From Squalus acanthias (lineage: Eukaryota): 64,000 nucleotides of DNA. The DNA is taken from contig CM059431.1 in the NCBI GenBank assembly GCA_030390025.1, positions 129,272,001 to 129,336,000 on the forward strand. The letters run 5' to 3'. Positions 12,170-24,397 of this stretch are shown one piece after another. A program made the position numbers and the translations under genes. A model generated the notes under the pieces. The model was not told the DNA's origin. It saw nothing but the letters and a program-made list of their open reading frames with translations, and did not search any database. Position 1 is the stretch's first letter; each line of letters starts with the position of its first letter.

Positions 12170-15100
12170 GACCGGAGCTGAGCGGTGGACCTGCGAGAGG
12201 CACAGAGTCAGCGAGAGGAGAGAGAGAAGTAAAAAGTAATCGAAGTGTGACGTCACCAGAAAGCAGGTAAGTGATTGGTAGGTGAGTATTTTTCTCTTTC
12301 TCGCATTTTTCCAAACTTAGTTTTTGTGGTTTATAGTTTCTAGGGTCTCTGTTGTGTAGCGGGGAGTGCTGGTAAACAAGGGCCCTTGAGTATATCATAT
12401 AATTGTAGTGTAATTAGTGGTATTGATTTGATTTAATTTAATTTGAATTAATTAAAGGGTAAGTCATGGCAGCATAGCTCGGCCCCGTGGCATGCTCCTC
12501 CTGCACTATGTGGGAAATCAGGGACACTTCCTGTGTCCCTGACGACCATGTGTGCGGGAAGTGTATCCAGCTGCAGCTACTGACAGACCGCATTGCGGCG
12601 CTGGAGCTGTGAATGGATACATACTGGAGCATTTGCGATGCTGAGCACATCGTGGATAACACGTTTAGGGAGTTGGTCACACCGCAGGTAAAGGCTGCAC
12701 AGGCAAGAAAGGAATGGGTGACCACCAGGCAGCATAGTAGGCACAGGCAGGTAGTGCAGGGGTCCCCTATGGCCATCCCCCTTTCAAACAGATATACCAC
12801 TTTGGATATTGTTGAGGGGGATGGCTTATCGGGGGAAGGCAGCAGCAGGCAACTTCCTGGCACCATGGGTGGTCCTGCTGCACAGGATGGGAGGAAAAAA
12901 AGCAGGAGAGCTATAGTGATAGGGGATTCTATTGTAAGGGGAATAGATAGGCGTTTCTGCGGCCGCAAACGAGACTCCAGGATGGTATGTTGCCTCCCTG
13001 GTGCAAGGGTCAAGGATGTCTCGGAGCGGCTGCAGGGCATTCTGGAGGGGGAGGGTGAACAGCCAGTTGTCGTGGTGCATATAGGTACCAACGATATAGG
13101 TAAAAAACGGGATGAGGTCCTAAAAGCTGAATATAGGGAGTTAGGAGGTAAATTAAAAAATAGGACCTCAAAGGTAGTAATCTCAGGATAGCTACCAGTG
13201 CCACGTGCTAGTCAGAGTAGAAATAGAAGGATATTTCAGATGAATACGTGGCTAGAGGAATGGTGCAAGGGGGAGGGATTCAAATTCCTGGGACATTGGA
13301 ACCGGTTCTGGGGGAGGTGGGACCAATACAAACTGGACGGTTTGCATCTGGGCGGGACTGGAACCGATGTCCTAGGGGGAGTGTTTGCTAGTGCTGTTGG
13401 GGAGGGTTTAAACTAAAATGGCAGGGGGTTAGGAACTTGTGCAGGGAGACAGAGGAAAGGGAAGCAAGGTTAGAAGCAAAAGACAGGAAGGAGAAAAGCA
13501 AAAGTGGAAGGCAAAGAAATCAAGGGTGTAAATCAAACAGGGCCACAGTAAACAATAATTCTAAAAGGACTAAGAGTGTTAAAAAAATCAAGCCTGAGGG
13601 CTTTGTGTCTTAATGTGAGGAGCATTCGTAATAAGGTGGATGAATTAGCTGCGTAAATAGATGTAAACGGATATGATATAATTGGGATTACGGAGACATG
13701 GCTCCAGGATGACCAAGTCTGAGAATTCAACATCCAGGGGTATACAATATTCAGGAAGGACAGGAAAAAAGGAAAAGGAGGTGGGGTAGCATTGTTGGTT
13801 AAAGAGGAGATTAACATAATAGTAAGGAAGGATATTAGCTCTGATGATGTGGAATCTGTATGGGCAGAGCTGAGAAATACCATGGGGCAGAAAACGTTAG
13901 TGGGAGTTGTATACAGACCCCCAAACAGTAATGCTGAGGTTGGGGATGGCATTAAATGGGAAATTAGAGACGTGTGCAATAAGGGCACAGCAGTTATCAT
14001 GGGTGACTTTAATCTACATATAGATTGGGCTAACCAAATTAGTAACAATACTGTGGAGGAGGAATTCCTAGAGTGTATACGGGATGGTTTCCTGAACCAA
14101 TATGTTGAGGAACCAACTAGAGATCAGGCCATCTTAGACTGGGTATTATGTAATGAGAAAGGATTATTTAGCAATCTTGTTGTGCGAGGCCCCTTGGGGA
14201 GGACCGATCATAATATGATAGAATTCTTCATTAAAATGGAGAGTGAAGTAGTTGACTCAGAGACTAGGGTCCTGAATTTAAATAAAGGAAACTACGATGG
14301 TATGAGGCACGAGTTGGCTAGGATGGATTGGAGAGCGTTACTTAAAGGGTTGACGGTGGATAGGCAATGGCAAACATTTAAAGATTGCATGGATGAACTA
14401 CAGAATTTGTTCATCCCTGTTTGGCATAAAAATAAAACAAAAAAGGTGACTCAACCGTGGCTAACAAGGGAAATTAGGGATAGCATAAGATCCAAGGAGA
14501 GAACATATAATTTGGCCAGAAAAAGCAGCAAACCTGAGGATTGGGAGCAGTTTAGGATTCAGCAAAGGAGGACAAAGGGATTAATTAAGAGGGGGGAAAT
14601 AGATTGAGAGTAAGCTTGCAGGGAACATAAAAGCTGACTGTAAAAGCTTCTATAGATAAGTGAAGAGAAAAAGATTGGTGAAGTCAAGCGTAGATCCCTT
14701 GCAGTCAGAATCAGGGGAATTTATAATGGGGAACAAAGAAATGGCAGACCAATTAAATACATACTTTGGTTCTGTCTTCACAAAGGAGGACACAAATAAC
14801 CTCCCAGAGATGTCTGGGAACATAGGGTCTAATGAGAGGGAGGAATTGAATGAAATCACTATTTGTAGGCAAATGGTGTTAGGGAAATTGACGGGATTGA
14901 AGGCCGATAAATCCCCAGGGCCTGATAATCTACATCCTAGGGTACTTAAGGAAGTGGCCCTAGAACTAGTAGATGCATTGCTGGTCATCTTCAAAAATTA
15001 TATGGACTCTGGAACAGTTCCCATGGATTGGAGGATAGCAAATGTAACCCCACTATTTAAAGAAAGTGGTAGAGAGAAAACGGGGAATTATAGACCGGTA

Positions 15101-15272
15101 AGTCTGACATCGGTAGTGGGGAAAATGCTAGAGTCCATTATAAAAGATGTAATAGCAGAGCACTTGGAAAACAGTGACAGGATTGGACAAAGTCAACATG
15201 GATTTACAAAAGGTAAATCATGCTTGACTAATCTACTGGAATTTTTTGAGGATGTAACTGGTAGAATGGACC
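12170..15272 (+). mobile_element. CR1 LINE 5' part: 5'UTR, ORF1, ORF2 truncated in RT
   Basis: ORF1 followed by APE (VYRPPNS, GDFN, TDHN) and RT start to QHGFTKGKSCLTNL; premature stops. Confidence 0.92.
12467..13416 (+). pseudogene. CR1 ORF1 (zinc-finger/coiled-coil + SGNH esterase)
   Basis: CSSC...CGKC; IVIGDSIVR; VHIGTND; DGLH; internal stops. Confidence 0.88.
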
Positions 15273-17724
15273 ACTGAAAAACGGGCATGTTTTAAAAAAA
15301 TTATTTAATACAAAGGTGACTGCTGAGGGCAAACTAGAATTCTTTCCGGGAGGGGGTCCCCACCTTCCCCCCTGACTGGCAAATGCTGTGCAGCAATTTA
15401 TGGCTTTTTGGACACATGGGCACCCAAGGTACACCCTTGGTGATGTGACTGCCCGCCAGTGGTAGGCAAATTAAAGGATTTCCTCTTGACGCCTTTTTGG
15501 TGGTCAGCGACAGAGGTCCTGAGTGGATGCATCCTGGCACTTATGATAGGATGCGGCGCCCGTGATTATGCTTCCATTGTTTTAAGAAAACCTAGAAGTA
15601 TATTAAAACTAATAAACAGAAAATCGCGGGGAACACACACTTAATTTCCCAAAATGCTCTTCCAATGAACAATGCTGCCAGCTTGTAGCACAGTTTCAGA
15701 AAATCAGCCTTTGTGTGTGTTGCAGAACCAATTTAACAACTGAAAAATTTTACACTGCATCCAACTGGTGAGTAAACATTGGGACCAGAATGTAAGTAGA
15801 TGTGCTTATTACAGGGCTTCCTTATCATCTTGAAGGTAAGTAATGGCAAGGGATGTGAGTCCAATCATGGAAGATAAGACCGGTTTTGAACAACTATCAT
15901 GAAATAAAGGAATTAAATGTAAAAAGAAAAAAAGAATTATAGGTGAGCGTCAATGCGACCTCCCACTAGTCAATTAGAAAGCAGCTTTGATCCTTCCTGG
16001 AGTAACAATAATAGATTGCTACCACTATTGTTTCAGAGGGAACTAAAATCTTAAGCATTGTGACAACGCATTTCTATCATTATTATTAGGTTGAAAAATC
16101 ATGGCACCACTAGCAGTAAAACTGCTCCCAGTTATAACAAGTAGAAAAATTATAACTGAACTGCAGTCATTGTGACTCAACTGATCATATTCCTCTGTTA
16201 CACCTGGCAGCTTAGTGTATCTGGGCTAAGCTCTGCTCTGGTCTCGGCAGCAACCACAGAAAAATAATGTATTATTTTTGACTTTGTTTGTATGAGGTAA
16301 CTAGAACAGCCCTCTACTTTAATGTTGCCCAATGACAGTTAACGTACACCCCGTCGAGGGCTTGATCTGCCATGTATATTACTTTTCTTTTTGCCAGAGC
16401 TACTGAAGTTTGTCAGTTAAATGGAAAATTGTAAAATGTATCTCACAATCCAAGATGCAAGCAGACCAAGACACTCTTAAATGTTGATCTGAAATAGTGT
16501 TTTATTGTAAGTCAGAAAGTAGAGAAAGATTCAAGATAGTGAGCTGCATTTTCCTACACTTCAGTTTCACCATTGGAGAGGATTTGAGGTGAGACTTCTG
16601 CCATTGTGACCCTGATCCATTTTCCTGGGTTGGAGGTCATTACACATGCAGATTGGGGTCCTGGCAATAACTCTGCTGTATAGATGAAGCCTGCCTGTGC
16701 CAGTGAGGGAAATTGGGCAGTGCTACAATGGGACACTTGCTGCAGCACCAGAAGGGGGAGGTAAATCTCATTTCTCTCTTTCTCTGATGTCTGCATCCTT
16801 CTTGCTGCTACCCCAGAAAGTACCACTACCCCTCTTCTAACTTTACCTGGGAGTGGCCACACTGTGGCAGAAAGGCAGGAAAATTTTCCCCCTTCCCAAG
16901 ACCGTGACAACCGCTATACTTTAAATGCAATGGGATAGTCAACAGGTGGGCAGTCAAGGTCCTTGCTGGAGGAGGGAAGGAAAATGTGCAGTGGTATTTG
17001 CAAGGTCAGAGATCTGGTGGCAGGTCTCCATGCCACATTTTTCCTTCTCCACCAGCACTATTTTGAGCAATATAGTTGTGGAAAATCCAGCTCAATGAGT
17101 CAAAAAATTGTACACTTTATGAGTAAGACTGAAGGCAGAATTAAGCACACACAATGCATACACAAGCATGCATGCATGCTCACACAAATGTACACATAAA
17201 CATATATACACACATTCCCCATAGCTTTGTTCATGGTAAGTCAGAGCATACGGTTGCTCCCTTACATATACCTGTTGTCTTTATGTTGCAGTTTCTTTCT
17301 CTATCTCTCCTCTTCTGCTTCTGTCTCTCTCTTTCCCTTCTCTTTTTTTCCTCTGTGCCTTTCTCTCATGTTCTGTTCTTGTCTCTATCTGTGCTCTTCT
17401 GCCCTTTTCTCTTTTTTCTTTTTCTGTTCTCATCCCCTCCTACTTAACCCTGACAGAGATAGGCAAGCAAGCAGCCTGAAACTACAGAGAGCAGGCAGGA
17501 ACCAAGAAAGCCTGAAAATAAAGAGGAAGGGCTGGGACCCAGAGCAGCAGCTAATTCACAGGCAGCAAAACCATGGGGCAGTCTGAAAATACAGAGAGCA
17601 TTGATACAAAGTGGGCAAAGACTGAGAATGCCCGCAAAATACCGACAACAGGTCAGAAATGGAGAAACTTACAGGCAATTTTTAACGCACAGAAACAGAA
17701 GATGCAGCTTCCTGCCCTCTGGTG

Positions 17725-17810
17725 GGGGGAAGAGGATGTCCCATCTCCTGTCCATTGCTTGGATCAGGGCCTCCAAGACAGCATCAGAGAACCTCCTGGT
17801 CCTCTCAGTA
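17725..17810 (-). mobile_element. Harbinger Myb/SANT N-terminal remnant
   Basis: Minus strand reads ERTRRFSDAVLEALIQAMDRRWDILFP, like the other Myb exon 1 copies. Confidence 0.55.
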
Positions 17811-18321
17811 CTTGTTGCAGCCATCTCTCTCCTTTCAAGTGTTACCTTCTTTCTGCAGGCAGAGTTTCACCTCTCCTCTCAGCGTGCCGGCTGGCTTCCT
17901 TGAAATGGTGTCAGAGACAGTCGATTTCTGCCTCCCAACGATAGGCCTGGAGCCAATGAATAGCATGGGTAGGAAGTGGCTGCTTATAATTCCTTCTCTT
18001 ATAATTCTCTTGTTCTCTTTTTCTGTCTTATCTGTCTATAGTAAGAGAAATTTTCTGTGCTGCCTGAGTCGACATTAACAGGTGCATGCAATGTGCACAC
18101 TGAACTCTGCACACCCATTTCTGGCATGATCAGATTTCTAGGCCACTGCCACTTCACCACCCTCTCTTTGACTCCAATATCTCCTCTCACTCTCTCACTC
18201 AGCTGAATACACATGCGGAAGAATACAACCAAAAGCTACATCAGGTGTCTAATCAGTATTTTTTTTCTCTCTCTCACAAGCACACAATCAGCCTTTCTGT
18301 TTAAAATGCATTCAATATAAT

Positions 18322-19023
18322 GGGCCGTATATTCCGATCCCTATGGGTGTGTACGCGCTGTGTGCTGAAAACCGGCATTTCCGATCTGCCAAGAATGCTC
18401 TTGACAGATCGGACGCCTGCCCTAGAGAAGGGCCTCTGCGGGCGAATAGTTCCGCTTTCTGGAGAACCTCCGCCCGAAGAAAACCCTTAGAAATCTTACG
18501 CCTGGTAAAAGCAGGAGTAAGGCCTGCTTTTACCAGCATAAGTCAAAAAAAGTAAAAGAAAATGTTTTCACTCATTTATCATTTAAAAATACTATAAAAG
18601 AGGTAAGTTTATTTTTAGCCCTGTAAAAAACTTTAATTATTTTTTTCAAAAAAATAAATTTTTGTTTAAAATATTTAATTTATTGTAATTTCAACTCATT
18701 TTAAAAATGTGATTTTAAAAAAAAATTTATTTAATGTTTTACAGTGTTTATGGGATGCTCTCCATTCATATATTTGACAGTTCTATCTGTCAAGTGTATG
18801 AAGGGAAATTCCCTTCTCCTATTGGCTCCCCATGGCCCACGTGATCCCAGGGACACTTGCGAACTGCATGCGCCTCTGGGATACGTGGGCCCTGCATGTT
18901 TCGAGTTGGAGAGGCCCAGGAGCGGAAGTATACGCACCTCGGGAGCCCTCAGGTAAGTCCGTAGATTTTTTCCAGATCGGAGGCCTCCGCATGCAGGAAG
19001 CCTCCGATCGGAAAATACGGCCC
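18322..19023. mobile_element. MITE (Harbinger-like ends) with promoter-motif cassette
   Basis: 18-bp TIR GGGCCGTATATTCCGATC / GATCGGAAAATACGGCCC; flanks AAT/ATT; AT-rich core; interior related to 33339 and 61257. Confidence 0.85.
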
Positions 19024-19569
19024 ATTATTTAGCTCGATAAAGCTTTTGAAATTTGTCCCCTTGTTTTTCAAAATTATTTAAAGAAAAGCCACTGAGCAAA
19101 AAGTCCCAGAAGCCAAACAAAAATATTCCACCAGTACAGCTGACAGAGCGATGCTGATGCATCCTGGGAAATGAGGTGCACTGCACGTGCTCAGACCACG
19201 CAATCCAAATTCAGCTGGCAGAATCACAGCTCTGGACAATAACATCAACTCCAAGCCCAAGATTTTGGGAGAAGCTGACTCCTTCAAGGGAAGAAAACTT
19301 TAAAGAAGACACTAAAAGAAACAAAAAACAATTCAATAGATAAACGTAATCAATTTATTGTAAAACCTGTGATTTTTTTTTGTTTAAATCTTTATTTGAG
19401 ACAAATTAGAATTTCAGTTACTGAGAAAGAATTGTGGATGAAAAAAAAGTCAGCTCGCATTTTGAGAGTTTTGTGAGAAGTTGGCGGCCAGATTATATAA
19501 TCAGTAATGAGTTTACATAGGGAAAGCTCATTATACATGTAGATGTAGGAATTTATAATAGGAATAATT

Positions 19570-19795
19570 ATAGAATCATACAGGACAGAAGGAAGACATT
19601 CGGCCCATCGTGCCTGTGCTGGCTCTTTGAAGAGCTATCCAATTAGTCCCACTCCCCTGCTCTTTCTCCCTAACCCTACAAATTTCTCCTTTTCAAGTAT
19701 ATATCCAATTCCCTTTTGAAAGCTACTGTTGAATCTGCTTCCACCACCCTTTCAGGCAGTGAATTTCAGAATATAACAATTAATTGCATAAAAAG
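19570..19795 (-). mobile_element. CR1 3' end fragment
   Basis: ATAGAATCATA tail, TTCGGCCCATCG 3' stem, coding end in reverse. Confidence 0.8.
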
Positions 19796-20449
19796 AAGTT
19801 GGCACAAAAACCTGACAAGTTGTGCAGACAGGAAGCTTGCACATACATAAGAAATTAACATTAGCTGATGGATCACTTTAATTATGCAATTATACAGCAC
19901 CTCTTGCATTATCCCAATACAAAGTTGCACAGTATAACTTAGCTGCCATCAGAGGCCAGTGAACAAAACACTGTGCATCTGTTTAAGTACACATTCATGG
20001 AGCTCTACTTCTGATTATAGGGTGATGCAACCAGATAGTATAGTTGAGTGCTGTCCACTCCCACCATGCTAAAAATGGTACTGTAATCATACCGGTATCA
20101 AAAGTATAATTGTACCATTCCTGTGCAGTTCTCAAACAGTCTAAAATTAATACTTCAAAATTCAGAATCATGTCTGCAGCTTCATGAAAGAAACAGAATG
20201 TACCTCTTTTGCTATTATTGTATAATATTTCGAAGTGATTTAACTTATTTGCAATCAAAATGTTCCAAATTACTCATCACACAATTCTCCAAAGCAGAAA
20301 CAGCAGATAAGTTTCAGTGCTTACATATCTTTTTACATTTATGTTTTATTTAATGACTGTTTAAAAACAGTTATTGGGCCTCCAGGCCCTAATTGCTTTT
20401 ATAAGGCTAGAAATTGCTTTGGTCTGCTGCTCATAGGTAATCTGTGAAG

Positions 20450-20820
20450 TGTCAGGCTGACTCAGCGGTAGCATGCTCATCTCTGAGTCAGGAGGTTGTG
20501 GGGTCAAGCCCCACTCAAGGACTTGAACACATAGTCTAGGCTGACGCCAGTGCAGTACTGAGAGGCTGCTTTATTGTTGGAGGTTGCGTCTTTCAGATGA
20601 GCTGTTAAACCAAGGCTATCTCTGCTTGCTGAGCTATATGTAAAAGATCTTCTGGTACTCTTCGAAGAAATGCATGGGAGTTCTTCTTCTGTTGTCCTGG
20701 TCAACATTTACCCCTCAACCAATGCCACCAAAACACACTAACTGGTCATGTATCTCATTGCTGTTTGTGCATTTTACTGTGCATAAATTGGATGTCATGT
20801 TTGCCAATATTACAGCATTG
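20450..20820 (+). mobile_element. Old tRNA-derived SINE (Deu-SINE/SacSINE1-like)
   Basis: tRNA-like head GCTGACTCAGCGGTAGC...GGGTCAAGCCCCAC followed by a SINE-like body; family assignment from recall. Confidence 0.6.
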
Positions 20821-21882
20821 ACCCAACTGGTCTCATGGAACTCATTTTGCATGTGAACAAGGGCAAATTAATCAGGTACATCCCTGGACCACTCAAATGC
20901 TTTTCAGCAGCAGGTGCCACTCATTCCTAGCTGCCTAAATGCCACGTAAAATAATCTACCCTGAGAGACTTCATTCATGGCTGATGGGGTTGCAGCAGGT
21001 AACTTATAAAGCACAAGTGACCAGGAAGAGGTAATAGTGGAGGCAGAGGAGGGGCAAGAACCTGAAGGACCAATTTATATCCTCCCTCAACTGAGGAGCT
21101 AAGGGATACAGACCTTACAGGACCTTTTTTTAAGAGAAGAATACTTTTTGAGCACTGAGGCAAAGGCCGGGAAATCACTTGGAGCTGCTCCTTCTCCGCC
21201 AGCAGTACTTCACTGGAAGTGTGGCAGAAGCCGTGTTTACGTGCATAAACGGGGTTTCTCGCCACACTTTCAGTGAAGTAACGCTGACAGAGCGGGTGCA
21301 GCTCCGAAGAATTTCCCAGCCATAGTACAATTCGTGGACACTGTGCATGTCATCCTGAAACAACTCAAGGCATTGTGAAGGAGTGGATACAGGGATGAAG
21401 GACAAATTCAGAGCATTGCAATCCACCATTGTGTGTGTGGTAACTCCAAAGATATCTGCATGAAAGTCCCCACAGGCAGAGGACTTGGCTTCAACTTTAG
21501 AACAAGGTCTCTCCTCTGGTTTCCAAGTGCTGGCTGATTAGACCGAGTAAAGCATGACCAAGGGCTTCACAGATTTCATAGTTGCCATCAGATCTGCTGC
21601 TACAGCTTAGCTTCGCTACACCCTCCATTTTCTTCACGGCAATGGGTGCTTGCAATATGTGGTGGGTCTGTCAGTGTCCAAGAGGAAGGAGAAGGGTTGA
21701 TGTTTGGGGTGGAGATTTTTCATTAGAGCACAGCATTTGTGGGGTCTGAGCTCATGGTGTGGACCCATTCTTTTTTCTGTACTTGTAATTGGCAGACCCA
21801 CTATATTTAGGTTGCATTTCCTGCTTTATTTTCACATCAGCTTTCACAGCTGTTATACTTGGACCTCTGCTTTGTCTTTTCA

Positions 21883-22085
21883 CCCCTGTTGCAGAATCAA
21901 AGGAACCAGTGGCTTAAAAAGTCAGGGCTGTGGTGACTATGAGAGCCATTGGCATTGCATGCCCCCACGGTCCAGCAAGCAGCAGGTTCCGTTGCAGGAC
22001 GTTCCAGAGGTCTGCATGAGCCTGCCTGAAGAAGCACAGCCTCCTCCTGCACTGCTCCTCAGTTAGGTCCAGGAAGGTAAGTCTT
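21883..22085 (-). mobile_element. Harbinger transposase N-terminal fragment
   Basis: Closely similar to 26879-27081 (minus strand LTFLDLTEEQ..RLRFSRQ). Confidence 0.75.
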
Positions 22086-22758
22086 CACCCCCTCCCCAAC
22101 TATTTTCATATTCTTTTGTCCTTTCTACATGTCTGTATTATCTCACTGATGATCTTTTATACCACCATTTTTTTAAATTTAAGTTTGCAGATAATTGAAC
22201 ACATTAACTCCCTCTCTGTGATTGCTTTATCTGTTGATTTTCACCTGCTCTCCTCCCTCCCTTCTCTATTCTACCAACTTTACTGAAATGCCTGTTTATC
22301 TCTACGCCATCAGTCTAATGAAGGTTATATCAAAACTTGTCTTTTCTCTTTACAAATATTCACTGATCTGTCTATTTCCAACATTTTCTGGGGGGTTTTC
22401 AGTGTATATACTAATCACCTTTTATCCCAATGCTTCCCCTTGAAGACAATGTATGAAATATATATTCTAGAACCTAACCTAAATCTAGTTCTAGGTACTG
22501 CCTCAATAGAAGAAGTAAACAAGATGGCCGTCTATGGATATTAGTGGGAGCCTCTCGTAGTTTGAATGTGTGTCTTCTAGAGTATAGGTGTGTAAGACCT
22601 CTTGGGCTGTGTGAGGAGTTGGCACAGACAAGCAGTAAATATGGAACAAGTTGAATGACAACACTTTGTGGGACATATAATTTGGCCATCTAACTGGTAA
22701 ATGGTATTGCTGGATAGTCTTACCTTCACATGTACCCTATTCCTGTGTCGCACAGGTA

Positions 22759-23603
22759 GGGCTGGATTTTCTCAATAAGAAGCTTTTGGAGGCGGGACTG
22801 CTGCTTGCCGGCTTTCAATCCCGCCTCCATCAGCTTCTGGCCAACAAACGGGATTTTCCCCTGATTGACATTGTTAAGCCCGCCCAGCAGGCTCAGCAGG
22901 CCAATTAGAGGGAAGTCACTGACAGAACACGTCAACGTATGACGTGCCATCTGTCAAGAACTTTTGAAAGAAGAAATGTCATTGTTTGACAGCTCTGTGA
23001 AGCTGTCAAACACTGACATTCTGTGTAGTTTGATGAGTACTTTTGTTCAGGACTCATCAAACCTTTCAACTTTGCAGAAATCACCTGGCTGTTGGTTCGG
23101 AGGATCCAACAGCCAGTCTGTGATATCTACAATGGAGATGTCGGGACTCCAGATCCACAGCGGCTGAAGGCTGGAGGCAGAAACAAAGGTAAGTGAACAT
23201 TTTATAACACTTTACACTCAACTTACATACTTACCACTCCACACTTGCACCCATCACTCACTTCTACGTCGCACTTTCAGACCCCTCCGACCCCCGCAGA
23301 CCTCCTTCTCGTCTCCTACACCCTGGCGGGGTTCTCCGAGGTCAGGAAGCCTGCACTTCGGAGCTAAAAATGGGGATAATCCTATTTTCTGCCTGTTAAC
23401 TACCTGTTAACAGGCAGTTAAAAGGCTTTAATCCCTATCCCGCCTTGAGGAGACGGGACCCAGGGAAGGACGGCTTCCCACCTCCTGGCAAGAGGGCACG
23501 GAGGCGGGTTGGGGGCGGGTTTGCCAGCCGCCCCCAAATTCTGCAACTTAACCGGCAGTCCCACCTCCATACCCGCCTCCTCGGGGCTGACAAAATCCAG
23601 CCC
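22759..23603. mobile_element. Harbinger-type MITE (845 bp)
   Basis: Perfect 12-bp TIR GGGCTGGATTTT/AAAATCCAGCCC; TSD GTA; CCCGCC-rich subtermini. Confidence 0.9.
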
Positions 23604-24242
23604 GTAGTGTACAATGCATTGACCCTACCTCCCACCTTCTGTCAGGTATGCTGCACTATTGTCCACTGGGGAGAGTGTCCTGGAGCACCATACAGGGCAA
23701 TCTTCCTCATGCCCATCTCAGGCAGCAGAACCTCCATTTTGCCATCATTGATGAGGGGGTTCAGGTGCTGCACTGTTCCATTAGTTTCTCCATTTACTTC
23801 CTCCACATTTGTTTTGCTATCCACTGGTGTGAGGTCGTGAGAGGCGCTATATAAATGTAAGTTCTTTCTTTTTTTGAATGCAGGAACGGAGAAAGAATCT
23901 GTTGGTGAACCTTGCATTTGTGCCCCCTCAGATTGGAGGGTCTGCGTGGGCCACGCAGCAAGGCAAGTGGACTAAGTCCTACTTCTTTTGCAACCTCCCC
24001 TCGAATCTTTGGGCAAACATGTTCCAAAAGAACATATTTACAATTTGGCTAAATATACCACAGAGAAAATCCTCACAAACACATTTATGATGTTGCTTCA
24101 CATAGTGGCCAAACGAACTTTTACCTCCATAATTATTTTTTTCAGAACTAAGGCTTTCATCCATTACGCTTAGAGAAGTGAATCATGAATGACACAGGAA
24201 TGCTTACTATCTGCTTATCATTTCCATCTATCACGACGTGCA

Positions 24243-24397
24243 GTAGTATGAGACCTCCACCGGGAATGTCCTCAGTGATTCTCCCGATCGGCCGGCTAAA
24301 TGCAGAAGATCGGCAGAAGCCCCAGACAGGTGCGTGATCTTCCGCCGAAGTTACGGAAAACTCCCAAGAAAACTCCCGCGCGCACGTCTCATACTAC
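24243..24397. repeat. 155-bp CpG-rich element bounded by a 12-bp inverted repeat (tiny MITE?)
   Basis: GTAGTATGAGAC at 24243-24254 and GTCTCATACTAC at 24386-24397. Confidence 0.55.

Noticed and set aside
15275..15650. MITE-like remnant after the truncated CR1
   Set aside because: No pairable TIR or TSD found by eye.
16197..16909. Possible solo LTR (TGTTAC...GTGACA)
   Set aside because: No matching TSD and no clear second copy.
20860..21700. Possible decayed Harbinger Myb region
   Set aside because: Only faint similarity (SEVTLTERVQLRR); no termini definable.
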